A DNA stretch of 64,000 nucleotides from Geopsychrobacteraceae bacterium (GTDB lineage Bacteria > Desulfobacterota > Desulfuromonadia > Desulfuromonadales > Geopsychrobacteraceae), in NCBI GenBank assembly GCA_963662315.1, contig OY759353.1:416001-480000 (forward strand), written 5' to 3'. The position numbers and the translations under genes are program-made. The notes below the pieces were generated by a model. The model did no database searches. It saw only the letters and a program-made list of their open reading frames with translations, and was not told the DNA's origin. Of this stretch, positions 1 to 9,466 are shown piece after piece; position 1 is the first letter of the stretch, and each line of letters starts with the position of its first letter.

Positions 1-2
1 AG

Positions 3-2102
3 GGCTCAGCATTTAAGCACAGTTGGCAGCGTCCAGCGTTGTTCCGCCGGATTCTGCTGGCCTTTCTGGTATTTGCTCCGGCCATAGTGGCCGCCTGGGG
101 TATTTCAACCATTTTGCCATATCACGGTTCGACTCACACGGAGAAGCTGCTGGTGCTGATCAGCGGTATTTTGTTTGCCTGGGTGTCAGTCGGTTTTTGG
201 GTGGCCATGTTTGGTACGGTGCTGCTGCTTAAGGGGCAAGGGGGAAGCCTCAGCTCAAAAGCGATAAATGATACTGAGATCTCTATTCCGAAGTCGGTCC
301 GTACCGCTATTCTTTTCCCCATTTGCGGTGAAGATATGCGTCGGGTCAGTGCCGGCGTGTTCTCTGTTTATCAATCTTTGAAAAAAACCGGTCAGATGGA
401 TCAGTTCGATTTTTATTTGTTAAGTGATTCACGAAACCCAGACAGCTGGATTAATGAAGAGGTTTTCTGGCGGCAATTATGCACCGATCTGGGGGATCCC
501 GGTAACCTTTTCTACCGGCGCAGGCGGCTGAATCTGAAAAGAAAAAGTGGCAATATCGCTGATTTCTGCCGACGTTTTGGTACCAGCTATCGCTACATGA
601 TTGTTTTTGATGCTGATAGTATTATGTCTGGGCCAACCCTGGTGAAGATGGTTCATCTGATGGAGAACAATCCGCAGGTCGGTATCTTGCAGACGCCTCC
701 GGCAGTCGTGGGCAAAGAGACCCTGTTGGCCAGAATTCAACAATTCTGCAGCCGCGCTTATGGCCCTGTCTATGCTGCGGGCCTGCATTGGCTACAACAG
801 GGGGATGGTAGCTTCTGGGGTCATAATGCCATTTTACGCATTGAACCGTTTATGCAGCATTGCGGGTTACCGCGTTTGTCCGGCAAGGCTCCCTGGGGGG
901 GGGATATCCTCAGTCACGATTTTGTTGAGTCGGCCCTGATGCGCAGGGCAGGGTGGAGTATCTGGCTGGTTTACGATCTTGATGGATCCTATGAAGAGCC
1001 CCCACCGACACTGCTTGATGAACTCAAAAGAGATCGGCGCTGGTGCAGTGGCAATCTTCAGCATGTGCGCCTTATCTTCACCGGTGGCCTAAGTGCTGCG
1101 CATCGTTGGCTGTTTGTTAATGGTATTATGAGTTATGTTTCGGCCGCGATGTGGTTTTTGTTACTGGTTCTCTCTTCTGTCTCTGTCGTTGCCAATGCAT
1201 TTTCACCACCAGATTATTTTCCGGCCGGACGCAGCCTTTTTCCACAGTGGCCGGTCTGGGACCCGTATGCTCCGGCGGTATTGTTGGGGATTACCGCAAT
1301 CCTTCTGTTTCTTCCCAAGGTTTTCGCCATTGTGGTGATTTTCCTGCAAAGAAATACTCTCCACTTTGGGGGCGGGGTTGCACTGTGTGCCAGTGTGCTG
1401 CTGGAAATGGTCGTGTCTGCATTTCTGGCCCCAGTGCGGATGGTTTTTCACACCCGTTTCGTGCTGATGATGCTGTTGCGCAGACAATCCGGCTGGAATC
1501 CTCAGAATCGTGATGATGCAGCGACTAGCTGGGGGGAAGCGAGTCAGGCTTTTTATCCCTGCATGCTTATCTCTGTGGTGTGGGGAAGTGTTGTTCTGCT
1601 GATTAACCAGACGTTTTTTTTGTGGCTTGCTCCCGTTCTTGTCCCCTTGTTACTGGCAATTCCGCTTGCGGTTATTACCAGCAGACGCAGTATTGGTCTG
1701 AAAGCACGGCGGGCAAAATTATTATTGATACCTGAGGAGATTTCTGCGCCGAGTGAACTTGTGACCCTGGTCAATAAGCAACGTGATTTAGGTTTGGCGA
1801 TTACCCCATTACGGTTGCTTACTACCGACGGTTTTGTTCGTGCGGTTCTCAATCCTCAGATCAATCTTTTGCATCGCCGTTTGCGTGGCAGAATGACCAG
1901 ATCAAAAATCCCGGCCAATAAGCGCTTTTTATTGATGCGTAAAGCCCTGAACAGTGGTCCTGAAGGTCTTAGTGATCAGGAAAAGAGGCGCATCTTGCAG
2001 GACAATTTATTATTATGGATGCTGCATAAGTGGGTTTGGGCGCTGCCTGATGGCGACACGTCCCAGAAATGGTTTGGCCGCTATACGCACCGGATGATCT
2101 GA
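3..2102 (+). CDS. opgH: Periplasmic glucan biosynthesis glucosyltransferase OpgH/MdoH (5' end probably outside the window)
   Basis: GT2 motifs FDADS, RKSGNIADFC, WGHNAI, LSHDFVE and RDRRWCSGNLQH, plus several TM helices. The frame is open back to the window edge. Confidence 0.93.
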   Translation, partial: GSAFKHSWQRPALFRRILLAFLVFAPAIVAAWGISTILPYHGSTHTEKLLVLISGILFAWVSVGFWVAMFGTVLLLKGQGGSLSSKAINDTEISIPKSVRTAILFPICGEDMRRVSAGVFSVYQSLKKTGQMDQFDFYLLSDSRNPDSWINEEVFWRQLCTDLGDPGNLFYRRRRLNLKRKSGNIADFCRRFGTSYRYMIVFDADSIMSGPTLVKMVHLMENNPQVGILQTPPAVVGKETLLARIQQFCSRAYGPVYAAGLHWLQQGDGSFWGHNAILRIEPFMQHCGLPRLSGKAPWGGDILSHDFVESALMRRAGWSIWLVYDLDGSYEEPPPTLLDELKRDRRWCSGNLQHVRLIFTGGLSAAHRWLFVNGIMSYVSAAMWFLLLVLSSVSVVANAFSPPDYFPAGRSLFPQWPVWDPYAPAVLLGITAILLFLPKVFAIVVIFLQRNTLHFGGGVALCASVLLEMVVSAFLAPVRMVFHTRFVLMMLLRRQSGWNPQNRDDAATSWGEASQAFYPCMLISVVWGSVVLLINQTFFLWLAPVLVPLLLAIPLAVITSRRSIGLKARRAKLLLIPEEISAPSELVTLVNKQRDLGLAITPLRLLTTDGFVRAVLNPQINLLHRRLRGRMTRSKIPANKRFLLMRKALNSGPEGLSDQEKRRILQDNLLLWMLHKWVWALPDGDTSQKWFGRYTHRMI

Positions 2103-2128
2103 CAATTTCCGTTTGGATGGTTTGTCAT

Positions 2129-2171
2129 AAAGCAGGGAGTTCTTTTCGCATCAGAGAATTTCCTGCTTTTT
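2129..2171 (+). terminator. Intrinsic terminator after opgH
   Basis: AAGCAGGGAGTTCT...AGAATTTCCTGCTT stem followed by a T run. Confidence 0.65.
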
Positions 2172-2377
2172 ATTATTGTCGCTAGTGCGGGAAAAGAGAG
2201 TCGTGCTACACGATTCTCTGCTATGAAATAAGTGATTTTATTCGGTTATAGCTCATCTTTCGGTTGAATTAGTCAGGTTTTATTATACAGTTATAGAGTT
2301 TATTGCTCAGTTCAAACAGTACGCTGTCATCAAGCTTTATATTTTTTGTTTTCTCATCCCTGACGTTAGGAGGCTCT

Positions 2378-2890
2378 ATGAAAAATATCCGTTTCAGCAT
2401 GGTTTTGTTGATAGTGTTAGTGCTGGTTGCTCCTGTCGGGGCACAGACTTTTCCTGATCAGCATGACCACAAAAGCTGTCAGTATTGTGGCATGGACCGA
2501 CTAAAATTTGGCCATAGCAGGATGCTGGTCAGCTATAAAGACGGGAGTGAGGTTGGTACCTGCAGTTTGCATTGCATGGCGCTGGAATACGCCAGCTCAA
2601 TCAGTCGCATTCCGCTTAAGTTGATGGTTGCTGATTTCAACAGTGGCAAATTGGTTGATGCGCAGACTGCCAGTTGGGTTCTCGGTGGTGACAGGCCCGG
2701 TGTTATGACAGCGCGTGCCAAGTGGGCTTTTGCTTCACCTCAAAGTGCTGAAAAATTTGTTGCTGAACATGGCGGGCAAATCATCGATTTTGAACAGGCA
2801 TTAAAGGCCAGTTACGAAGACATGTATGCAGATGTCCAGCGTATTAGGAACATGCGTGCTATGAAAATGAAGAAAATGAAGGGGAAGTAG
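2378..2890 (+). CDS. NosL-family periplasmic metal-binding protein
   Basis: RBS AGGAGG before ATG 2378. Signal peptide, CQYCGM, CSLHC, GVMT and WAF motifs, and a Met-rich C-terminal tail. Confidence 0.8.
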   Translation: MKNIRFSMVLLIVLVLVAPVGAQTFPDQHDHKSCQYCGMDRLKFGHSRMLVSYKDGSEVGTCSLHCMALEYASSISRIPLKLMVADFNSGKLVDAQTASWVLGGDRPGVMTARAKWAFASPQSAEKFVAEHGGQIIDFEQALKASYEDMYADVQRIRNMRAMKMKKMKGK

Positions 2891-2894
2891 AGGC

Positions 2895-3359
2895 TTGTTG
2901 GTCATGTTGAGAACGCTTGTTATCTGCGCTATTCTTACACTTTTCCTGCTAACACCTTTGGGTGCCCAGTCCCTGCGGCAACCTGGAGAGAGGGATCGGT
3001 GTCCTGTCTGTGGCATGTTTGTTGCTCCCTACCCGGAGTGGCTTGCCACGCTGGTCAGAACTGACGGAACGCAGTTGTTTTTCGATGGCTGCAAAGATCT
3101 GTTTCGTTACTATTTTAATCTGCAGCCAGATGATCTCGCTCAGGTTCAGGCCATTTTTGTGACAGATTACTATCGTACTCAATTGCTGCCAGCCTCAGAA
3201 GTTTATTATGTGACAGGCAGTGATGTTTACGGTCCGATGGGGAAGGAATTGATTCCGATTGCCGGGAAGCAGAATGCAGAAACCTTTATGCTCGATCATA
3301 ATGGTAAGCAGATCCTCTCGTTTGAACAACTGTCTGTAGACGTGTTGCCGGGGGATTGA
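2895..3359 (+). CDS. NosL-family protein (second paralog)
   Basis: Signal peptide, then CPVCGM, FFDGCKDL and YVTGSDVYGPMG motifs typical of NosL. Confidence 0.85.
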   Translation: MLVMLRTLVICAILTLFLLTPLGAQSLRQPGERDRCPVCGMFVAPYPEWLATLVRTDGTQLFFDGCKDLFRYYFNLQPDDLAQVQAIFVTDYYRTQLLPASEVYYVTGSDVYGPMGKELIPIAGKQNAETFMLDHNGKQILSFEQLSVDVLPGD

Positions 3360-3685
3360 TGAAGCGTTCATGTGTGTGGGGCGGATTGATCTGTTGCCTG
3401 TTGGTTGGTCTTGGCGGTCTTCTCCTGTTCAGTTGTCAACAGTCAAGCCGTCACGACGATGTGGCTGCCAAACAGCTTCTTGTCGCCACTTTGCAACTGA
3501 CCGATCTGAGCCTTTGCAGTGAAGCACGATATACCCGGCATCCGACTCAGGCCGATCTGTTTTCTGCCTTCCAGGATTCTCCTGCTGCTTTTGAACATTT
3601 CCCGACCGGCTCTTTGATTCTTCCCCGGGTGAGCGGATTTACCGCGCGTGTTGAGGTTCTTCATTCTGCCGAAAAAAGGGAATGA
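3356..3685 (+). CDS. Small membrane-anchored or lipoprotein-like hypothetical protein
   Basis: Hydrophobic N-terminus and a LTDLSLCSEARYTRHP segment. Overlaps both neighbours, consistent with translational coupling. Confidence 0.7.
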   Translation: MMKRSCVWGGLICCLLVGLGGLLLFSCQQSSRHDDVAAKQLLVATLQLTDLSLCSEARYTRHPTQADLFSAFQDSPAAFEHFPTGSLILPRVSGFTARVEVLHSAEKRE

Positions 3686-4842
3686 CTTTGCGCTATCTTA
3701 AAATTCTTGAATATACCTTGTCTGCCCTGATGCGGCGTAAAGGCAAGACCGTTTCCCTGGTGTTGGTGTATGCATTTACCATCGCCGCACTTGGCTCGGT
3801 TCTTTTGCTAACCCATGCCCTGAAACAGGAGGCAGTAAGAAGCTTGGCAACCGCGCCTGAAATAGTCGTTCAGCGTGTTGCGGCTGGCCGTCATGAATTG
3901 ATAGAGACGCAGGCAGGGGCCATTATTGAAAGGCTTCCGGGGGTTAAAAAAGTTGTCCCGCGCGTCTGGGGCTATTATTACGACTCTTTGATCAAGGCGA
4001 ACCTGACCCTGATGGGGATTCGGGGACAATCCCAGACGCTAGAATTGTTAAATGGCAGGCTACCACAAGCCGATGATGAATGTGCCATAGGAGCTGGTGT
4101 GATAAGCGCATTCGGGCCGGGAATCGGGGACCTGCTGGTCTTGGAAGATGCTCACAAAGCACGGCGTGAATATAAAATTACCGGAACTTTTTCGGCCTCT
4201 TCCAGCCTTTTGACCAACGACCTGGCTATTCTGACAGAAGCGGCATTACGCAATTTCTTTGCTCTTCCTGACCACTTGGCAACAGACCTGGCGGTTGAGG
4301 TTTACAACCCGCGAGAAGTAAAAACACTGGCTAAAAAAATCAGTTATCACCTGCCGGGTAGTCGCCCGATAACCAGAGATGAAATCCGTCATACCTATGA
4401 TTCACTGTTTAACTGGCGCAGTGGCATGATGCTGGTTGTTTCAGTGGCGGCGCTGATTGCTTTTTGCATTTTGGCCTGGGATAAGGCGACCGGTATCAGC
4501 GCCGAAGAAAAACAGGAAATAGGTATATTGAAAGCCTTGGGTTGGGAGACCTCTGACGTGCTCTTGAGTAAATTCTGGGAAGGTCTGGTGATTTCTTTAT
4601 CCGCGTTTCTGCTCGGGATCATTGTTGCGTGGATTCATGTTTTTGTCTTCAGTGCACCGTTGCTGACGCCTCTGCTAAAAGGCTGGTCGGTTTTGTTCCC
4701 CGACTTCAGGCTGACTCCGGATATTGACATGTATCAGCTTTTTGTCCTGGCCGTTTTAACCATTGTTCCTTATCTGGCCTGTACGCTGGTGCCGTCCTGG
4801 CGCACCGCAACGACCGATCCGGAGCAGGTTATGAGGGGGTAA
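3682..4842 (+). CDS. ABC transporter permease, FtsX/MacB/LolE-like
   Basis: N-terminal TM, large periplasmic domain, EIGILKALGW motif and three C-terminal TMs. Confidence 0.88.
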   Translation: MTLRYLKILEYTLSALMRRKGKTVSLVLVYAFTIAALGSVLLLTHALKQEAVRSLATAPEIVVQRVAAGRHELIETQAGAIIERLPGVKKVVPRVWGYYYDSLIKANLTLMGIRGQSQTLELLNGRLPQADDECAIGAGVISAFGPGIGDLLVLEDAHKARREYKITGTFSASSSLLTNDLAILTEAALRNFFALPDHLATDLAVEVYNPREVKTLAKKISYHLPGSRPITRDEIRHTYDSLFNWRSGMMLVVSVAALIAFCILAWDKATGISAEEKQEIGILKALGWETSDVLLSKFWEGLVISLSAFLLGIIVAWIHVFVFSAPLLTPLLKGWSVLFPDFRLTPDIDMYQLFVLAVLTIVPYLACTLVPSWRTATTDPEQVMRG

Positions 4843-4843
4843 T

Positions 4844-5536
4844 ATGGCACCGATCATCGCTGTTAAGGACGTGTGTAAAATTTATAATCGGCACGCACCG
4901 GATGAAATGATTGCTTTGGACAATATTAATCTGGATATTGCTGCGGGAGATGTCGTTGCTTTAACCGGACCCAGTGGTTCGGGTAAAACAACGCTACTCA
5001 GTTTACTCGGCTGTATGGGACGCCCGACATCAGGGTCAATCAGGTTGCATGAACGGCACATCTCACGACTTCCCGAACGCTTTTTGGCCAAAATCAGGCG
5101 TGAAACATTCGGGTTTGTGTTCCAGCACTACAACCTGTTACGCGACGTATCGGTGACAGAAAATGTCATGTTGCCTCTTTACCCGACTGCGATGCGGGTC
5201 AAGACGATGAAAAATTTGGCCCATGAAGTTCTTGAACGATTTGGCATCGGTCATATGGCAGATAAAAAAGTCAAACTGCTCAGTGGCGGGGAGCAGCAGC
5301 GTGTGGCTATTGCCAGGGCTTTAGTGACACAGCCGGACATTATTATCGCAGATGAACCTACGGCCCACCTGGATAATGAACTGGCGCATGACCTGCTGGC
5401 GATTTTCCGGCAGCTAAGTGATGATGGCAAAACCCTGATTATCGCAACACACGACCCTTTTGTCAGTCGGTCAGGGCTGATTAAACGGACTATTGAGTTG
5501 CGATTTGGTCGGGTTGTAGGGGATGTGTTCCCGTGA
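4844..5536 (+). CDS. ABC transporter ATP-binding protein, LolD/MacB-like
   Basis: GPSGSGKT, LSGGEQQRVAIARAL, IIIADEPT and the ATHD H-loop. Confidence 0.93.
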   Translation: MAPIIAVKDVCKIYNRHAPDEMIALDNINLDIAAGDVVALTGPSGSGKTTLLSLLGCMGRPTSGSIRLHERHISRLPERFLAKIRRETFGFVFQHYNLLRDVSVTENVMLPLYPTAMRVKTMKNLAHEVLERFGIGHMADKKVKLLSGGEQQRVAIARALVTQPDIIIADEPTAHLDNELAHDLLAIFRQLSDDGKTLIIATHDPFVSRSGLIKRTIELRFGRVVGDVFP

Positions 5537-6543
5537 TACTTCATCCCGGTATTCTTGCCTTGCTGAGTGGCTCCCTGATCATATTTTTGATCATGTGTTA
5601 TGCCTGTGGCGTCGCGTTATCAATTTTACGTTATTGGGATATTAACAGCGCGACTGAACAGCAACTGTCTCTGGAGAGAAAAACCTGGCTTGTTTCAGTC
5701 TTACTGAATTATGCTTTTGCCTTCCAGATTCTTTCAGTCTTTTTATTCATTCTGACGGCCGAAGATATTCACTCTCTGTTTATCGGGGCCATGTGTGCTA
5801 CGGGTTCGCTGAACGCGAATCTTGTTGGCTGGCTCGTTTTGCTGATCAAAGGATTATTATTATTTGCCGGCGGTTTCTGGGTATTGATCAATCTGATTGA
5901 TCAAAATACCGAGGATACCCCGCTGGTTAAGGTAAAGTATAGAGCGGTACTGCTTATCACCCCTCTGGTCGGCTTTGATCTGTATCTGCAGTGGCGCTAT
6001 TTCATGGGCCTTCAGCCAGAGGTTATTACGTCCTGTTGCGGTTCTTTGTTCAGCAGTCAGGGAGACAGTGTCGCCAGCGATCTGGTGTCACTTCCAATAG
6101 CTCAGGCGGTCCAGTTGTTTGGCGGCTGTGTTTTCGGCTATCTGTTGTTGCTTGGCCTCTGCTACTTTTTCAAGGCACCTATCTGGCGCCATCTTTTGTT
6201 TATCGTCAGTCTGCTGACATTTTTTGTTTCACTTGGCAGCATAGTGTCTTTTCTGTCTCTGTACATCTATCAGATGCCAAGCCATCATTGTCCGTTTGAC
6301 ATGCTGCAGGGGCATTATTATTACGTTGGCTATCCGATGTACGCCGGCTTGTTCAGTGCCGCTTTATTTGGCATGGCTCCTGGCCTGTTCCAGCCCTTTT
6401 GCTATTATCAATCTATACGTAATGAAATGGCCCGCCTTGAACGTGTCTGGCTGCTTCTGGCTGGTTGTGGTTTCCTCCTCTTTTTATTGTTTCCTGCCTG
6501 GCACGCGTTGTTCGGAGCCTTTAGATTATCCAGTTATTTTTAA
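5533..6543 (+). CDS. Polytopic membrane protein with Cys/His motifs
   Basis: About 8 hydrophobic segments; loop motifs GAMCATG, TSCCG and HHCPFD. Confidence 0.8.
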   Translation: MILHPGILALLSGSLIIFLIMCYACGVALSILRYWDINSATEQQLSLERKTWLVSVLLNYAFAFQILSVFLFILTAEDIHSLFIGAMCATGSLNANLVGWLVLLIKGLLLFAGGFWVLINLIDQNTEDTPLVKVKYRAVLLITPLVGFDLYLQWRYFMGLQPEVITSCCGSLFSSQGDSVASDLVSLPIAQAVQLFGGCVFGYLLLLGLCYFFKAPIWRHLLFIVSLLTFFVSLGSIVSFLSLYIYQMPSHHCPFDMLQGHYYYVGYPMYAGLFSAALFGMAPGLFQPFCYYQSIRNEMARLERVWLLLAGCGFLLFLLFPAWHALFGAFRLSSYF

Positions 6544-6891
6544 TTCGGATATCCTTTGCGTGTGTAAATAGTGTATTTCCTGGGTTTGTCTTAAATTCTC
6601 ATAGGTTGCATGTCGATATTCTGGATGTACCCTGTGCCTGTCTGATCTCTGTACTGTAGTTCGGGATCAAGAGTATTTTTCGCTCTGCCGGAGTAATAAG
6701 TCATTCCATGCTCATGCCCCTTCTGGTTGCTCGCTACTCAAATGTCTAAAATATGAATCTTTTCATTTGCCAATATTAATTTTGCTGTATATATCTAAGT
6801 AAATGGGAAAAAATTCTATATTGAGTACAGGCGGATGGATGCTGCGCTGATCTTGTTCAGAATCCCTATCAATGCCAAGGAGGATGAGGAA

Positions 6892-8241
6892 ATGGCTGAT
6901 TTCACCAGGCGAGAATTTATAAAAGTTTCAGGTATCGCTCTTGGCGGTATTATTCTGACGGGATGTGGCGGGTCTGATTCTGATTCCAGTGCTTCTTTAC
7001 CAAATGGCTACACCTTTTATTCTTTAAAAACTCTTTCTGATTCGGTTGATTACTGGGGAGCTAACTTTAAAATAGAGGAATTTCTTGGTTCGGCTTATAT
7101 CTGCGACAATGGAATTATAACTTTTGATGCTGAAGACAAGTCTAAAAGACGGGGCATCTTTCAGCTTGAAGTGGACTTCAGCGCGGATGAGCCAAAAATT
7201 GTTTCGGAGCGCACGGCTTTACTGGCAGGAACGACTTTACCAGATAAGCGGGTAGTGGGTCTTTGTCGAAATTATGACGTGGACGAAATGGGCAATATTG
7301 CCGCAATAATTGAAGGTAATCACAAATATTCAAGTGATGATCATTTTGGTTCGGGGTTGTACTTTGAACAAAACGCCGCAGGGTTTGAACCTCTGCTTAT
7401 TGCCGGTCAAAAATTTAACAACAATGAAAGAACCAGCACCGGGATCTTTTATTGTGCATCAGTAAAAAACGCCAATATTATTGCTTCTTTTCACCATGTA
7501 CCTGTGACCCCTTACGGGACGACTCATGTGGATAGTCTCGTCCATTTTTCTCGGGGGAGTCTGGATAGTTCAAATATTTTAATCTCCCGCGGGGATTATT
7601 TGGCTGGAACAGATTATATGGTCAAATCATTTGGATTGCTTGACCACAACGATAACGGAGATTTTTGTGCCACGGCATTTGCTTCGGCTCCGTTACTTGA
7701 GGCAACTGAATCAGCAACCAGCGATGCTTCTAAAGCCAGTTTCAATTTCACTGCTCATGTGAATGCGCCTAACGATCACCTCCTTCTCAGTGCGTCTCCA
7801 ACAGCATCAGTCAGTAGCGGACCCGCTTTTGGCGAGTCAGGATATGCGCCGCGTATTGATGCTCAAGGCAACAGCTATTCTCTGTTAGTGGGTGACAACG
7901 ATCAACTGTCCCTGGTCAAAAATACCCAAGTTCTGTTAACGACCGGTGACGCTAGCCAGGCTGGAATTATTCAGCATATTGGGACCGGTTCGGTAGGGCC
8001 TGATGGAACCTATTATTATTCAGCAAGGACAGACGCTGCAGATTGGACCCTGTTTGCTTTTGATGGTTCTACCCATAGGTTGATTCTTTCCAGCGGTAAC
8101 ATTCTTGACCCGGGAGGAGAAACGGTCGTCCGGACTCTCTTTGGCGTCACTAAGAAACATGTCGATAGTGCCGGACGGCTCGTGTTCTGTTGTACCTTCG
8201 CAGACGGCACAACCTCATTAGTTGTCGGTATCCCCAGCTAA
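6892..8241 (+). CDS. Tat-exported lipoprotein with beta-strand repeats (NxxGxxAF-like, possible propeller)
   Basis: RBS before ATG 6892, TRREFIK twin-arginine motif, LTGC lipobox, recurring D/N-x-x-G plus hydrophobic strand units. Confidence 0.78.
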   Translation: MADFTRREFIKVSGIALGGIILTGCGGSDSDSSASLPNGYTFYSLKTLSDSVDYWGANFKIEEFLGSAYICDNGIITFDAEDKSKRRGIFQLEVDFSADEPKIVSERTALLAGTTLPDKRVVGLCRNYDVDEMGNIAAIIEGNHKYSSDDHFGSGLYFEQNAAGFEPLLIAGQKFNNNERTSTGIFYCASVKNANIIASFHHVPVTPYGTTHVDSLVHFSRGSLDSSNILISRGDYLAGTDYMVKSFGLLDHNDNGDFCATAFASAPLLEATESATSDASKASFNFTAHVNAPNDHLLLSASPTASVSSGPAFGESGYAPRIDAQGNSYSLLVGDNDQLSLVKNTQVLLTTGDASQAGIIQHIGTGSVGPDGTYYYSARTDAADWTLFAFDGSTHRLILSSGNILDPGGETVVRTLFGVTKKHVDSAGRLVFCCTFADGTTSLVVGIPS

Positions 8242-8256
8242 GAGCAGGAGTCATTC

Positions 8257-9444
8257 ATGGCCTATCAAATCGAGAAGACCTTTATCGGTACCAGTGATCC
8301 CCTCAGTCTGACCAGCAGCCTGTCCTATTATGGGGCTCATGCCCCAGACTCGTCAGATCTGTCCATTCACAGAAATACCGATATCCTCAATGTTTATCAG
8401 GATAACCATATTGGGTTGTCTGCCAAGTTCAATATCAACGTCGATTTAACGGCGGGGCTGGTACTGCCTTCATGGACTGCTAAGATTCCTGTTGAAAGTG
8501 GGGAAATCGACAGTACGTCCATGACCGTGACTATCGGTGATGATGAGATCATGGGAGGCATGCTACTAGGGGCAAAGTTTGTTATTACCCTGACTTACTC
8601 CATTCGGCGCTGGCATGATGGTTACTTTTCTCACTGGAAGTGGCATTCCGGTCATTGGGGCGACTATGAAACCTTCAGTATGCCAATCCCGATTGACCTG
8701 ATTCCTGCCTGTGTTGATACGATGGTTGCCCTACTCGGGTTGATCCCAAAGTTAAAAATATTAATACAGGTGATTCCTAAAGGCTGGCTTGACCATATGG
8801 AGGATAAAAAGGCAGGCATCTCTTCCTCCTCGGGGGTGTTCATCGACGCCAGTCTTCCTTTGCGCTATGATCTGATTTCTATCGGTCGCGTTATTGCCGA
8901 ATCCGGGCTTGAAGTTGCTTCCCTCGGCCTGACCCCGGCCGGAGCGGCGGTTGTGACTTTGCTGGTTGAACTCGCGGAGTTTTTTGTCTCTTTGCTGGAC
9001 AAGCTCAAGGTGGTTCAGGTTGCCGTGGGGCCACAGGTCGATGTGACCTTCCCGGTTCGGGTCAAGATAACCAAACTTTATGCGGCCGATGCTGATGAAA
9101 GGGTTGTTAATGTGTTTGACAACCTGTCTTTCGATGGTAAGACGATAACCGGTTATAACGACACTCAGAAGGAGTTAATCCCTGCCCGTATCGGTATGCA
9201 TTTTAATCATACTCTTGAAATTCCAGAAACTGACCTGGGGGTATGGGGGCATATCTCCCTGTTTTGGATTTTTGGCGTCACACCATTCTGGGATCTACAT
9301 GTGATGGATATTATTGATAAAGAATTTGATATCGATCCACTGGGTGTCCATTTTGACTCATCGATGAGCAATGTGATTGGCGGTACAGGCTGGGATGATT
9401 CGAAGCAGGCGCCTCCGGACACGATCACGGTTAAATTTATTTGA
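8257..9444 (+). CDS. Hypothetical beta-rich protein
   Basis: 395-aa ORF with AGGAG RBS, 15 nt after the upstream stop. No family recognised. Confidence 0.75.
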   Translation: MAYQIEKTFIGTSDPLSLTSSLSYYGAHAPDSSDLSIHRNTDILNVYQDNHIGLSAKFNINVDLTAGLVLPSWTAKIPVESGEIDSTSMTVTIGDDEIMGGMLLGAKFVITLTYSIRRWHDGYFSHWKWHSGHWGDYETFSMPIPIDLIPACVDTMVALLGLIPKLKILIQVIPKGWLDHMEDKKAGISSSSGVFIDASLPLRYDLISIGRVIAESGLEVASLGLTPAGAAVVTLLVELAEFFVSLLDKLKVVQVAVGPQVDVTFPVRVKITKLYAADADERVVNVFDNLSFDGKTITGYNDTQKELIPARIGMHFNHTLEIPETDLGVWGHISLFWIFGVTPFWDLHVMDIIDKEFDIDPLGVHFDSSMSNVIGGTGWDDSKQAPPDTITVKFI

Positions 9445-9466
9445 TAATTTTCAGAATAGGCACGTT

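Noticed and set aside
6544..6891. Possible ncRNA in the intergenic region
   Set aside because: Only a weak TGATCTC/GGGATCA hairpin; no family match or terminator.
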